Source: Aplysia californica (lineage: Eukaryota). From it: a DNA stretch of 63,423 nt. Positions 36,801 through 55,340 of this stretch are shown here, in pieces; position 1 is the stretch's first letter; every line of letters begins with the position of its first letter. The notes beneath the pieces were generated by a model, which was not told where the DNA came from, searched no databases, and was given only the letters and a program-made list of their open reading frames with translations. The stretch lies in NCBI RefSeq assembly GCF_000002075.1, contig NW_004797273.1, positions 4,036,457 through 4,099,879 on the forward strand, written 5' to 3'. Position numbers and translations under genes: made by a program.

Positions 36801-39800
36801 CTAAAACCTAATCAGTTACCCTACTTGTGTGAAAAAATCAAAGTGAAACTTTGAGTAGTTTTTTTCATAAACTAGAATTCAGATTTCGAAAGAACACCTT
36901 TTTAAATGGTTGCGATGATAAAAAAGCCCCTTTATCTCGAAATTGCTGGGAATGAAAAATAGCGTTTTGTCAGCTTACTGCAAATTTAACAAAATATCCA
37001 GGAGATGATAACAAGACGGACGACTTACCTCATGATGGACCGCAGCACAGGAGGGTCATGCACAATGAGGGACGTTGGGAAATGGCCAAACCAGACGGTG
37101 TGATTGCTTTTACGGGTGGACAATTCCAAGCCACGCAGGTGCTGAACCTGACTCTGTGGAGAGACNNNNNNNNNNNNNNNNNNNNNNNNNNNNNNNNNNN
37201 NNNNNNNNNNNNNNNNNNNNNNNNNNNNNNNNNNNNNNNNNNNNNNNNNNNNNNNNNNNNNNNNNNNNNNNNNNNNNNNNNNNNNNNNNNNNNNNNNNNN
37301 NNNNNNNNNNNNNNNNNNNNNNNNNNNNNNNNNNGAGAGACNNNNNNNNNNNNNNNNNNNNNNNNNNNNNNNNNNNNNNNNNNNNNNNNNNNNNNNNNNN
37401 NNNNNNNNNNNNNNNNNNNNNNNNNNNNNNNNNNNNNNNNNNNNNNNNNNNNNNNNNNNNNNNNNNNNNNNNNNNNNNNNNTGTAGTTTGAGTAAAGAGA
37501 AACATATTGACAGAATAACATTCATCTAGCAGAGGGAAAAAAACCAAATACATCGAGAGAAGCAAAGGAGGGATAGAAAAGAAGTATCACAAACAAATGA
37601 TGCCCTCAAACCACCACTGTGGTGAGATGAAATCAATAAACAACACACAGAAAGAAACAGCAACTAAGACTTGCAAGACGCAGAGTTCAGAGTCAACATT
37701 CCCTATAATGACACAACTGATTTCAGCACTAATGTCTTGCTCTTTCAGTAAAAAGATAAATTAAAGTACACACAGAATCTGGAGTCATGAAGGCCTTGTT
37801 AACTCTTAGTGTACCACAAGCTATCAACACACCATAAAATATTGTAAATGAAGGAATTAACATTTAAGAGTACAAAAAAGATTTAAAGCAAGATGCACAC
37901 AAAAACTGGTAACAACAGCATTCGAATGACTTATACCTTTGTAGGAAAAACAATGTTTCACTCCTTTTAAGAATACTCACATCATCCAAGTAGCCAAAGA
38001 AATTAAAAGGCCTATTGGGTCCAGGCTTACTGCAAGCATCAAAGCCAACAAAAGAATAAGAGCCAAAGGGAAGATTCAATGTGTGATAGTAAGCTCGTTC
38101 AAAATGGTGATCTTTAGACAGGGCCGGGCCATGGGCAGAGTAAAACCTGAAATCAACAAGAACATTGTAGAATTAAATTACCTTGGTAATTTGTATATTG
38201 CTAGCTACTGTTTGAGTAGAATGAAAGCATATTTCACATCATCAAATGCATGTTTTTCAACAACTGTTTGAGTAAAGGAGAAGCTCATATATATCAAAGA
38301 AGGTATCATCATTTTGAGCTGGGAAAAGCAAGACAGTTTGAAACAAGATAGAGGCAGTGAGGAAAAAGACCTACATATTATGATTCCCTCCTAGTAATGA
38401 CAGAGGAGGACAACAAAGGGATATATATATATATAGAAATGGAACGTTAGGAGCACTCAAGACAAAGGACAGTGTTAGTGCTGATTGTCTTCAGCTACCG
38501 TGCTCACTAAACATGATGTGACTTTATCTCTGCTAAAGATGGGGGAAAAAAGCGATGTACAGCGTAACTGACTACCGTACTATACATCTCCCAGGGGACT
38601 GATGTGGTGATATCAGAACAAACAAGGATGACCTATGCAGTTATGAATATGATTTGAAGAACACCTTCAGGTGAAAGACATAAACAAGATTTTCCTCGCT
38701 CAAAAGTTGGTGTCGAGCACTTTACAATATTTTTTTCGTAGACAGACTATGTAACAATCTGAAACATTTTCAGCTTCTCAGGAAGCATTCAGTGCAAGAT
38801 ACATTTACATTCACTTGGTCCCTTTATGAGTAAACTCTTTCTAAATAAAGAAAATGACTAAAGCAAAATGACACATCACATAGCATGATGGAGGACACAC
38901 CTGACCACAGTGCAGATAAAAATTTCAGAAAACACGGAACCAAAATTTTCATAAAATAAAACACATCAACACACCTGTAATAGTTGTTCTCACTATCAAA
39001 GTTGAACACATCAAACGAATCTGGAGGAAAAGAAGAGACCAAGGAGAAAATCATTTTATCAGGTCATGAAGGGTCATGAATGAAAACAAAATAAAATCTA
39101 ATGAATGAAAAAAGAATAAAACTGGCTTTCCAAAGCAAAAAAGCCATTTCAAGTTCAAGTAAAAAGACCAAACATATTAAATTTCATTTGCTCAGATGTT
39201 TGTCAATTAAGAGGAGACACAGCATTTCATTTAGATATGCCATTGTTTCAAACTATGTGTATGCATCTGTCACAGTCTTTTGTTCTGTAGTTACTGACCC
39301 ATCTCTTGGGGGAGACGATGGGGTATGAAAACTGATTATAATTTAAAAGAAAAAAAGATTACATTGCCCCAAGTTGATAACTGACTCTAACGACACTGGA
39401 GTGGAAAAAAAATTGAGACTTCACATAAATTAAAGAGCTGAATTGACATAATAACAATGCTCATTAACTGATTCCGTCCATTCGGCTGCTGACAGCGGCT
39501 CTGAGTTTTTTCCTCTATATCCATTCGACCACTGTGAGCGGCTCAACAAAATCCGAGCGAAATCCGAAACATATGTGCACTTTTTAAAACATAGTTCCTT
39601 CTTTTTAATTGGTCGAAAGGAAGTAGAACTTGTAAACAAGCCTGACCTCAATCTCCGAGCGTCAATATCGATCGAAACTCCGCGAAATTCTTGCAAAATC
39701 GTTGTTTTGTTGTCGCTATGTTGGCTAGATCTAAGGGTAAATAACACGGAGCCTGGTATAAGAAAAAAGCCCTTCAAAGAAAGCTATTCAACTCAATTTG

Positions 39801-42114
39801 TGAAATTCTTGCATAAATGTGTGCTAAAGTGATATTGCTACAATTGTGCGTTGATTCCTATGGATTATAAGGACTTGTAGAGTTGAGAAAATGTGGTAAG
39901 TCGAAATTTTCTAAGAGGTGTTGCGCAATATTTTTCTCTCATTTGTTTTTGTCTGACGGAAAATACAATACAAACAGATTATAGGTCATTTGTTATTGAT
40001 ATAAACAGATTCCTCTATAGATTCCCATCACTTTGGTATATGACAATACATATTAGAGTAACTTAGAGCGTCACAGTAATGCATTAAATAGATGCACCCC
40101 AGGTTTAAAACTGAACAAGGAAAAATAATTCTGTCCAGAGCCTGAAAAAAACATGGATGGAATCAGTTAAAATCATTATCTTATCTTACTTTTGAAAAAG
40201 ACACAAAACATTATTTACAACGCTCAGCATTATGATCACCAGTTCCCAATTTTACCATGGTTTCCTCTGACATCAAGCCATTCAGCTTTGGCAAGAGTTC
40301 TACAGCGTTTGACAATATTGCTGTACAATATCCATTCACTTTCCATTTGTTTCGACTCAATGTTGTTCACCAGTTTGGCATCTGTCAAATCACCTGAGAT
40401 GAAAACAGAAATAAATAATCTTAACAAAGTATTTCAACCAATTCATCATAACAAATACATTCTAGAAATTTTTAAAAACCACTTTGAAGCCTCATCTTGC
40501 TGATCGGCGATGTTTACCGGCCAGTTTCTTTGGATTTTCCCCGAAATGCCTTTGCCTTTGATGACAAGAGTTTTTACTATATGAGCCTTGTGATGGCAAA
40601 GTGTTAACAAAGTATTCCAACAAATTTATAACAAAATAATACATTCTGCTGTAGCGCCATCGTAAACATTAAATTAAAGAAACGAGCATTTATTTTCTTA
40701 CAGTAAAAGGACAGGAATGTAAACTTTATTTTTTCATAACACTAGTCTTGAAGGAGGACAAAAGGAAGGTATCACGAAAAATATAATCATACTCATACTG
40801 ACTTGCCTTCCTTGCACTTCATTTGAAGTCAGAAATATCATCTGTCTAACATTCTTTCTACGCTCTGTCCAAATGTTTTTATTAACCTTTCTTAGCTCCT
40901 GGGGGTTTTTTTTCTAAGCTTTAATGTTAACATATCATGGTAAGGAGTATGTTATAATACAATATAATGCTCTTTCAACATAGTTAGGTTATATATAATA
41001 TATTGGGTTATCATTACTCTCATTTCCTATAAAACTGCCCCATGAGGAGAGCTAAGAAGACACCACAATAACAACTTTAATTTACAATTTTCCCATCAGG
41101 ATTTAAAGCTACATATATATTATGTGTTTAGTAAGATAAAGAAAATTAATGGGACACTGTTGACAATCTATTCCTCTTCACTTTAATGTCGAATTTTAAA
41201 AGTAGCACATACTCATCTCACCTCCTCCTTCGTTATTCTTGAAACTCTCAGGAATAGGTTCAGAATCCTTTCTTTGAACCTACATCTTCTATGAAGAACC
41301 AACTCTCTTCCATATCCATTTGTCGAACAAGGGTCTTGTCTTGTAAAAAAAACCTCCAAAACCACCACTGTGTGGGGATACCTTCCCCCAAATGATGTAA
41401 GTCTTGCATGCACATATTTAGGAAAATCAATGGAACACAAAAATCTTTTCGTTGTGTATAAATTTAATTATGTACGGGTATGTGTTTTAAATACAAAGAG
41501 TATGTATGTATAAGAAAACATTTGGGACCTGAAAATGTGTTCATTATGTGCATGCTAAACTGTATTTGTGTCTAGTACAGCTATAAATGAACAAACCAAT
41601 ATAAAGGACTATACCTACCAGTAGCTACCACGAGCTTTGGGTCAATGACTGGCAGGTATTCCTTACAGAACTTCTCCAGATCCGGTCCTCGGCTCGGGTC
41701 ATAGTAAGCACTGATGTGGATGTCTGAAATCTACCAGTAGGGAAAAAAAAAGATAACAACAAGTGGAAGGAAATCTTTCAGAAAAAATAGACTGGTCATA
41801 TACTTTTCACCAGCTTAAAAGATTCAATGATGACAGGCAAAGAGATTCAAACTCATAAAAATGGGGAGGGGGGTGAGTGTCAGTATACATGATGATTAAT
41901 TATTACATTCTCCATATGTAGGCCTGATGAGAGAGGAGACTCGATATCTCAAGAAGTATGTCAAAATCTAGGCGTGATAAATTAAAGCAAAATCCCTCTG
42001 GGCAAGCCTTATCATGACAGAATTATCGCGACAGACTATCAAGTAGACCGAGGTAGAATGCATTGTGGTAGACCATCATGAGAACCTGCAACAAATATAT
42101 ATATAGCCGCAGCC

Positions 42115-42147
<33 letters not shown>

Positions 42148-42163
42148 TATATATATATAATAT

Positions 42164-42195
<32 letters not shown>

Positions 42196-45100
42196 ATATA
42201 TATAAATTCCAATGCGCATACGCAATCATCGGGTGTACCGGGTGTGAAGCGGACAGGTAATTTGACCTTGGCCTTTCTTGGTTTCAACAATCTGACCAAA
42301 TTTTTCAACACAAATTAGGAAAAGTATTAGTGACGTCAAGAGTGAAAAACAGTTGCAAAATCTGAAATGCTACACCACAAAGGCAAACAGGGGAAGGGAA
42401 ATCTGAGCTCAAAGCAGTGAAAAAACATTGGAAATCAAAGTTTCAGAACAACAAATGATTATAACCAATAGGTAGTCTAAACCCGCTTTATTTGACGAGA
42501 AAGACAAAATCATTGATCAATTGGAAGTCCAGTTAGAAATTATGAAAAGAAAAGTTAAAACCCTTCCAAAGGGAACAAAAGTCAGTCATTCAAAGTNNNN
42601 NNNNNNNNNNNNNNNNNNNNNNNNNNNNNNNNNNNNNNNNNNNNNNNNNNNNNNNNNNNNNNNNNNNNNNNNNNNNNNNNNNNNNNNNNNNNNNNNNNNN
42701 NNNNNNNNNNNNNNNNNNNNNNNNNAAGTCTCAAAAGTTGGTGCCGAAAGTGTGACAAAAAAATCAATTTTGAAATATAACTAAACTAACTGAACCAAAA
42801 GCAATCTTATTTCACCAATAATAAGCTGAAGTTTCATTATGTACAAAATTTAAGATAAAAAATCTGACTGTTTTTTATAATGTTAGATTTTCTGGTAAAA
42901 AAAAAGGAAAGGACATGATGATGACACAATAAAGTGTACTGTAATTTGCAAGTTTCAATAGGATTTGTCTAAAATTCATCAGGATGATAATAGAAATGGG
43001 CAAATCAAGGAAAAAAACATCAAAATAGACCAACTGTTCCAAATTATCTGTCAGATTTCCACTTGGATTACTGTCATACATCATGTCCCTAATGTTTGAT
43101 ATGTAAATTTCTCTTTTATTTGATAACTAATGAAGTCTGAAGAACTCTCTTGAACCCATATGAAGTCATTAGATTTTCGTATTCAGAGACATAATTTTGA
43201 GCAAACAAAATAGATGCCATAGAGGTTAGTGAGCGTGCAAATATGCAATGGACATGACATATGAAGTGATGACAGGAAAACATGTCATGTATCATGTCCA
43301 TTTATCCCTTCATCCTCTGAGCATTTCGTAAAGCATACCCAGGCCCCAAATAGGTTTTACAAGTATACTTTACAGTTTAAATATAAATATGATTGGTATA
43401 AAAAATCTGATTAAGAAATATTTTATAGCAATAGTGATATTCGATGTGGATATGATGATGACATTAAACTTTTGGTCATTGATCATGTCCATCCGTTTTG
43501 TTTCAATTTTTGCCTTTTTGTTCCTCTGAAGGCTTAAAATTCGTTAAGATGTGCCTCCGTTATTTTTGTCTTCTAAGCAGTAATGAATTTTGCAATATTC
43601 TACAACAAAAAGCTGATGAGAATGTAATGGACATGTTGATGACATGAATTTTTTCCGTCATTGCTCATGTCCATGCATGACCAATCTCTAAATTTAAGAT
43701 TTATGTATGAATCATCAAGTACTTAAGTACTATTATATATGCATCTGGTTCTTACACAGAAACTACACCATGCTTTATTAGATTTATCGAGACCATGACT
43801 TGTTTAGCCACCAGACGTAACAATTTAATAGATCTGAAACAGACATGATGTGATGGAAAGTGATGACAAAAAACTTTAGTGCCTCCCTCCACGGTTCTCC
43901 ATCAGCAGCAATATGCACTCAGTCTCACTCGGGGACATTTATATGGAACTAGTTGATTCATTAAAGCGTATGGTAGCAAAGCCGAGAAGCAAAATACAGG
44001 CTCATGAATGGACAAGATGAAAAGACAGAAATAGCGATGAGGAAAAATTTTTTGCTTATAATATAATATAACATCCCCATTATGAGTCAAAACAACTCAA
44101 CAAGTGTGTTTAAAATAACCCCTTTCGACTTGAGGTAGTGCCCATTTTATTCATATCTTTAAAAGTCTTTAAGTTGGCTTAAAATAGAACAGGAAAATGA
44201 AGAAAAACATCATGTTCATTCACCAGACTTGTCACCAAGTCGGGGGTTTTCTGCCCAACAGTTTAGCGCCCAAATGCATGCTTTTCTTAAACACACAACC
44301 TTCTACCACAGAAACAACATGAGATGTTTAGCATTTTCCTTTCCTGCATAAAGTTTTACTTTATTAAAATGACCATCTATATAATGTCACGTTTTGACAA
44401 CTCAAAGTTTTTGTATTTCCACATACATTTTGTAATTTCACTAAATAAAAAATAGCCATTGGAACAAGAAATTCTTTCTCAGGCTAATCTTCATTCAAAG
44501 TACTTGATGATACACACAGAAATTTGCACATTATTGTAGCATATTCCCTGCTTTGACGATGAGATGAAAATATGCACTATTTAAACAACCAACTTTTAAG
44601 ACTTACTCTCATATATATTAAGAAAAAACTATTTAATCCCCCCTTTCCTGTGAGTTTTAAAAATTTTAGGCACGCATTATAAAAGACATTTTTGATAAAG
44701 AGAGCTGATGAAACATTACATCATCTTATTCACCACCCTGATTGGTAGTCCATAGTACTCGATGGACTTCAACTAATTCAGGTCATTTCATGCCAAACTA
44801 AGAATTTTTTATTGAACCATTCCCGTCATGCGGCTGCTATCCATGCCAGTTAAAAAGGCTTTTGGGGGGGGGTTTATACGCATGTTTTTTGTTGTCATTA
44901 GTATTAGGGCCCCCCTTCCTATTCATTGTTACTGAGGCCCCGCAACGGTTTTTTTAAATGCCAATGTCCTGTTCAGGGCACTAAAAAGCTACAAAATAAT
45001 ACCCTTTATATATATAGATCTATACATACATCAACTTTATGAGACGGGAGTGATTCTAGATCTATAAAATTAAAATTACAGAATATATTGAATCTAAAAA

Positions 45101-45429
45101 ATAACTATCCAGCCCTATCCTGAATTCAGTTTATAAAAGCAAAAGAATATAATATAAACATAATCATACTTTACTTTCCTTTCAACATTGACACAAGAAT
45201 GCCATTAAAACTAAACAAAAATCATACAATGTTGCTCTACCTGTACAATCCAAAAGAGCTTTTTGTTGGATCCATCCATGCTGGGCCAATCTTTCTTTAA
45301 CCGTGGTTGTCTCTTATATTCATGACTGACTTCAGGGGCAGAATTTGGGTCTAATGCAGACAAGATACTCGACAGAACAACAGCCATTGCAATTCCAACA
45401 CCGACCAAAAAGACGAGCCATTTCATCAT
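27809..45429 (-). CDS. TMEM62: Transmembrane protein 62 (calcineurin-like metallophosphoesterase domain plus C-terminal TM segments), 14 coding exons, 648 aa
   Basis: Exons 45241-45429, 41619-41730, 40256-40393, 38975-39020, 37981-38146, 37029-37153, 35825-35947, 34330-34485, 32860-33019, 31939-32049, 31046-31139, 30087-30200, 29188-29306, 27809-28102. All GT-AG, phases consistent, total 1947 nt. Motifs [76 protein letters not shown] are characteristic of TMEM62. Confidence 0.95.
28130..28900 (-). mobile_element. I/Nimb-type retroposon 3' fragment (28130-28380) followed by a degenerate Nin-SINE (28430-28900) in the last TMEM62 intron
   Basis: Similarity to 245-1170 and to 7261-7789, respectively. 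Confidence 0.7.
29340..29665 (+). mobile_element. I-group LINE ORF2 3' end (CCHC zinc knuckle) with 3' tail
   Basis: [26 protein letters not shown]...[26 protein letters not shown]; tail ggccactgggtcggaaaagtaaagtaaa. A short antisense tail copy lies at about 31343-31400. Confidence 0.75.
31577..31873. mobile_element. piggyBac-type MITE
   Basis: TTAA|CTCTTTATCTC ... GAGATAAAGAG|TTAA; a degenerate second copy at about 30253-30495. Confidence 0.75.
33858..34252. repeat. 43-bp minisatellite, about 9 units, in TMEM62 intron 8
   Basis: Unit gctatggataattgttgcagaagtgagctacgggtgtaccgga, grading into the variant ...tgaagctaaccacgggtgtaccagt. Confidence 0.9.
35383..35812 (-). mobile_element. MITE copy (family of 20087-20515)
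   Basis: tgtgtcacgaagtggtggaatcaggtgcttgtc ... gacaagcgcctgatttcacaacgatgcctctca; ends about 12 bp from the TMEM62 exon 7 donor. Confidence 0.75.
42115..42204. repeat. (TA)n microsatellite
   Basis: Direct reading. Confidence 0.95.
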
Positions 45430-46001
45430 TGCTGCCAACTTTCAGCTCCGTCAGTCGACTGCTATAAATTGAGGTGGACGGTCACAAAGATTGGGACAAT
45501 GGTGAGAGATTACAAGTACTGTCTCAACTGTCTGATTACCAAGCTCACGGGTTTAGAACAGAAAGGCACATACTACAAATAAGCGGGGGCTTGTAGAAAA
45601 CATATATAAATATCCTTGTTTCGGGGCTAAAGTTCACCAGTAAGCATGATGAGTAAGAACACTTGCTCCTTTCACTAACTCAACTGCATCACTTCCACTT
45701 GAAGTCAGGACACAGCCAGGCCAGAATCACCATTCCGTTAAGGGACGTCACTCTTGTTGTTTTGCCTTCGAACACACAAACAGACAGGGGAGAGCACTCT
45801 TAATATTTATTAGCCTTGTTGTAGACTTACATGTTTGATTCAGGCTTGCGATTGGCAGTACAGCCGACCGTTCTGACAGAAGAATTGCACAAAATTGCAG
45901 TGGAGGAAGTGCATTGGTTCTAGAGTCTATACGCTTCTTGACATCGTCGGTATTTTGATTCACTTGTTCAACCAGTTTTTGTGAAGTTTTATTCTCCAGT
46001 C
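45430..46001. promoter_or_regulatory. Bidirectional promoter / 5' UTR region shared by TMEM62 and TRMT61A
   Basis: Divergent start codons only 572 bp apart. CRE-like GACGTCAC near 45744 and ETS-like ACTTCC near 45691. Confidence 0.7.
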
Positions 46002-50933
<4,932 letters not shown>

Positions 50934-51372
50934 AGAAGTTCCACTGTTGAATATCTCTTGGATATTTTACTCTTTGTGTTTGTACAGTAAGGATGGTGTG
51001 TGGGTGGTTGGCGGGTGCTCTTGTGTGGTTTGCTCCTTTTTTCCTATTAAAAAACTATCGTCTGTATCTCTCCTCCTTTTTTATGTTTGTCACCCCTCTA
51101 ATCTCAGACTTATATTTATATGACCTTATTGTTTTGCAATTACTGTAAAACTCTTACTAAAACTAAGGATGGTGTGATGCTGTTACTGTTACAATGCAAA
51201 AATTTAGCAGATGGTTGGAGGGCGCCACTGATAGATCCTACTTCTTTATTTTTCTCCTGTAGTTTCTGTCTGTCAGACTTACTTGTTTTCCAGCACTTAA
51301 TGACCATCAATGTGTACATATGTGCTTTTCTCTACTCAAACAAAACAAAGCAAACACTTAATTTTCTCATAA

Positions 51373-51709
51373 CAGTGGTTAGGCTCTCTGACTCGCAATC
51401 GTAAGGTCGTGGGGTCGAATCCCATCAGGGGCCCGACATTGTATCCTTGGGAAAGGCACTTTACACGAATTTTCCTGACATCACCCAGGTGGGAATGGGT
51501 ACCTGGCTATAGACAGCGAAAGATCTTGTCAGTTTGTTAGTGTTTGAGCGCTTATTCAGCTGCTTGCACTGTATGCTTCCCGGGAAGCTGAGAATGTTTC
51601 TGAGTGTTCTATGGTCTGCTGGGGTAATAATATAGTGTAAAGCGCATAGAGCCTGCTGTTGAGCGGGGATATGCGCTATACAAATGCTATTTATTACTAT
51701 TATTATTAT
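51373..51709 (+). mobile_element. CORE-type SINE copy
   Basis: cagtggttagg...ggggtcgaatcc head, tccttgggaaaggcacttt core, gtaaagcgcatagag...gcgctatacaaat(att)n tail. Confidence 0.8.
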
Positions 51710-51845
51710 AACAAACATGCCTTCTCATTAGAAACAATGTGCTCTGCTCTAGGTCTTCTCCTTTTCCTTACAATTTTACTGCATACCCAAACTTGGTCTC
51801 AGAAGTAGTGGACTGAACATTCGATCCACAAATGGTTGCTTTTAA

Positions 51846-52078
51846 GGACAAGGGGGCAAATAGGCCTATAGATTTCGGGGATTTCCAGAAATCTTGACCA
51901 ACACAAAAAATGGGCATTGCCCTACCTATAGAAGAAGTTTGGTTTCATTGGTACCGATGTATATTTGCTTGGTATAGAGAAAACTCTCCTCCTCTTTTTT
52001 TAATGAAACTGAACAAAGGACAAAAACTTTACCTTCAATTTTCTGAAAACAGCATTTTTCGGGATAGCCCACTTGTCC
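51846..52078. mobile_element. Kolobok-type MITE
   Basis: TTAA|GGACAAGGGGGC ... GCCCACTTGTCC|TTAA. Confidence 0.65.
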
Positions 52079-52668
52079 TTAAAAGTGACCAAATGTAACT
52101 TTTGTTCATGTTCTATGTCTTATCTTCCCCATAGGAGGTAGTGCGGCTCCCCTCTCCAGGCAGCCTATCTTCTGCACTTTGCTTTGACCTCGAGCGTCTT
52201 TGTTCTTTATTTTCTTCAAAGACTTAATTACAATCCAACACTACATGGTATAAAACAGAACAAAATACGAGTTGAAAGTTAAACTTTAATTCAACGAATA
52301 ATTACAAGTAGGAACATTTAAAATCACTTACAGCATATATCGCGAAACCAGAATCAACAGCAAGCAGCCACAAGAACAATCACAATCCCTCTCATCGCAA
52401 ATCTCACTCAGAACAAAGAGTCACGCGGGCTGTCAGGACACAATCATGCAGTGTGATGGAAATATAACACACTGATCAACATAAAAAAACAACCAGCATG
52501 CAGCATAACTTTTTAACCCCCCTCAAGTTGTTGATTCACTGGTTATGCCAGTTATTAATTACAAGCAAACAAAAGGGTGAAGATAGCATCTGACAAGAGG
52601 GAGTGCAGGACTGAAACCAGCCAAGAATAAAGCTTTTATATGTATGCAATATTTATGAAAACGTCATA

Positions 52669-53064
52669 TGTGAGGCATCATGGTGAAATCAGGCGCTTGT
52701 CAAAATAATGAAATCCAAGAAATCGGCATTTTTCTATCAATTTGGAATTTTTGTTTTTTGGCTCAATACCTTGTATGTCCATTCAAAAACATTTTCATGT
52801 ATGGATTTTTATGGATATAAACGTAGATTAAAGGCACAAAAAAAATGTAAATTTGCAGTTTCCAAGGACCATTTTCTCGCTAATTTTACTTCTGAAACCA
52901 GGCAACCCCACCTCCTTCAATCTCAAGTATCTTGACTGCTGTTCAAGATAAATGGATATTTTATTTCATCGAAAGCAAGGCAAATGAACAATCTTTAAGA
53001 TAATACCAATAGCTCCATGCGCCTAAAAATTGACGAGCGCCTGATCCCACTGCGTTGTGACACA
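52669..53064 (+). mobile_element. MITE copy (family of 20087-20515)
   Basis: tgtgaggcatcatggtgaaatcaggcgcttgtc ... gacgagcgcctgatcccactgcgttgtgacaca. Confidence 0.75.
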
Positions 53065-53324
53065 CATGATTTCAAATATAACTCTTCCCAGTAACCCTCT
53101 TGTGGCCGACTTTTAAAATTAGACAATAAATATTTATATATGGATGGACCCATCAGCCTGCCTATGATTTTGCAATGCACTAGATCTATGTTAGTTAGTG
53201 GCATTGAATCAAGTGTTAACCTACTTTTTTGTCTATGGCCGTTACTCGTTCTGAGGGATAAGCTTGCACAGAAAAAAATACAATAATGCTTTTACTTATT
53301 CGATCTCTGGACACAAACCAATTA

Positions 53325-54148
53325 CAGTGGAACTCGGATTCAACGAGGTTGCCAGGCCTGAAATAAAATCTTGTTGAATCCGAGTGTTCGTTATAGCAAA
53401 CACGAGGTTTTGTGTAAATTAATTACAAGCACAGAGCAAGTAATGTGTAAAGAGAAGTCACAAGTAGTGCCTGAAAAGCCTGCACATTATGAGCTGTGTA
53501 AAAAAAGAAAAGACCGATTTGTTCTAAATGTACACGCCTGTGTCATCTCGATTGTTTACCAAAAGGTTGTGTTGCTGTGTAGAGCCTAGCATACGGCAAC
53601 TTTTTATTCCATAGACCAGCGCACAATTCATTACGTAGATCTACGTCAAGACCAGCTTATCATTGTCATATAATCAGCTGCCAGTAAAAAAAAAGACTGA
53701 CGAGTTTGCATCTGCGACGTTCAACGCCCGGACCGCTAGTGCCCCCCCTCCCCGACATGCACACACAGCCACACATGTGCAGGCCGCCCATCCGACCCTG
53801 ACACACGCCAGAGTAGACACGTGCGCGTGCCAACAACGCATGTGTTGGTATGAAAAAAGGCCGCTGATTGGTCGCATGCAATCGGCCAAGTGAATAATGG
53901 TTCACGAAGCAGGTGCAATGGATGGTTTCCGGGAATAGACAAAGTTCGTTCTGGGGAAAAAATGAGCGAAGCCACATCTGCGGGGACTTTTCACCCTGGA
54001 AGTCGGAAGCGACATTGTTGAATCCGAGCTCGCTGATTTAAGTGCTCGTTGAATCCGCGTTATTTTTTATGACTTTAAAGAAGAAAAAAAATGGGGAATC
54101 TATCTAACCTAGTTAAATCCGAGTTCTCGTTGAATCAGAGTTCCACTG
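53325..54148. mobile_element. Tc1/mariner (pogo/Tigger-like) MITE
   Basis: TA|CAGTGGAACTCGGATTCAACGAG ... CTCGTTGAATCAGAGTTCCACTG|TA, with subterminal GTTGAATCCG repeats. Confidence 0.85.
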
Positions 54149-55189
54149 TATAAAAGACGTCTCACAGTATCAGGAGTACATGATCAGAGACAACAATAAT
54201 CTTAGTGACTGTGCCTCAAAAGCATGCTTAAACTAAAACTAAGACAATGGTCGGTTCACTTTCTCGTACCCACAGTTTCTCGCACTTCTTTCAAAATGTC
54301 TGTAGAATTGTCCTGCTTTTTCGAATACAATCTGAAATAAAATTTTGCCTGAACCGTTATCAGTAACAAGATTTGTTTTTCCTTGGGACAAAACAAATAT
54401 TCCTGAAAGCCAATAGTAGTTCAAGTAAGTCTGTATCTGCATTCTCAGTAAATTTAGTTGATACGATAAAACTGAAATATACAGGTAAACTCCTGGGCAC
54501 AAGAAAATGAACGGACAATAAGAAGAACCACAAGAAATGAAGCACCAAACTAGCGATTTCTATGGGCTGTGTCTGGACAAATGGAAAGGCTTTATTAATT
54601 AATGCTCACTACGACAGGTCAGGATCAGATACATAAATTATAGATTGTGAACAGCAATGCTAACTCTCTGTTCAGACATGGTCCTCAGCCCAAACAATAC
54701 AAACACACCAGTGAAAGACCATACCAACAGGAAGACGGATATGCCTCACTTCTTCATATAATATAATACACACATACTAGTAAATTACTGATACATGTTC
54801 ATAGAATTTGATATCTTCCACAATTATTGACAGGTAATTAATTACTATTAACCAATATATATATCATGTATACATTTTTTTTTCATAATAAGAATAATTT
54901 GTACTACACTAAATATCTGAACATAATTTGATAAAACGAAAGCATTTCAATACTGATGTAGAATTCCCACTACACTTTTCATTCTTGTATTTCACTATGT
55001 ATTCTCTCATGTACATCATGTGTAGTTTTAAACTTGAAAACCAGAGGACTTGAACCACCCCCCTTCTGAAAAAACAACAACCAACAACTGTAGTCCATTG
55101 CCAAATCAAACGAGATCCCAAGACTACATGAGTTCTAACACTGTGGCTCAGTTGTTGTAAAACTAAATATTCAACCATTACATCAATGC

Positions 55190-55340
55190 GCGGGTGCGGT
55201 TGTGGAGTGGTTAGTGCACTCATCTGCGAAGCGAAAAGTCCAGGTTTGAGCCTTGGTTCAGACACAGATTTTTTTTCGCCCCCTCCTGCCAACCCAGCGG
55301 TAATGGTTACCCGACTTCGAATTGGGAAAGTAAAGGCGGC
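55190..55340 (+). mobile_element. Degenerate tRNA-derived SINE
   Basis: tggagtggttag (A-box-like), ggtttgagcc (B-box-like), followed by aacccagcggtaatggttacccgacttcgaattgggaaagtaaaggcggc. Confidence 0.5.

Noticed and set aside
41213-41440. 75-aa minus-strand ORF in TMEM62 intron 2
   Set aside because: No recognisable motif, and TMEM62 splices in frame without it.
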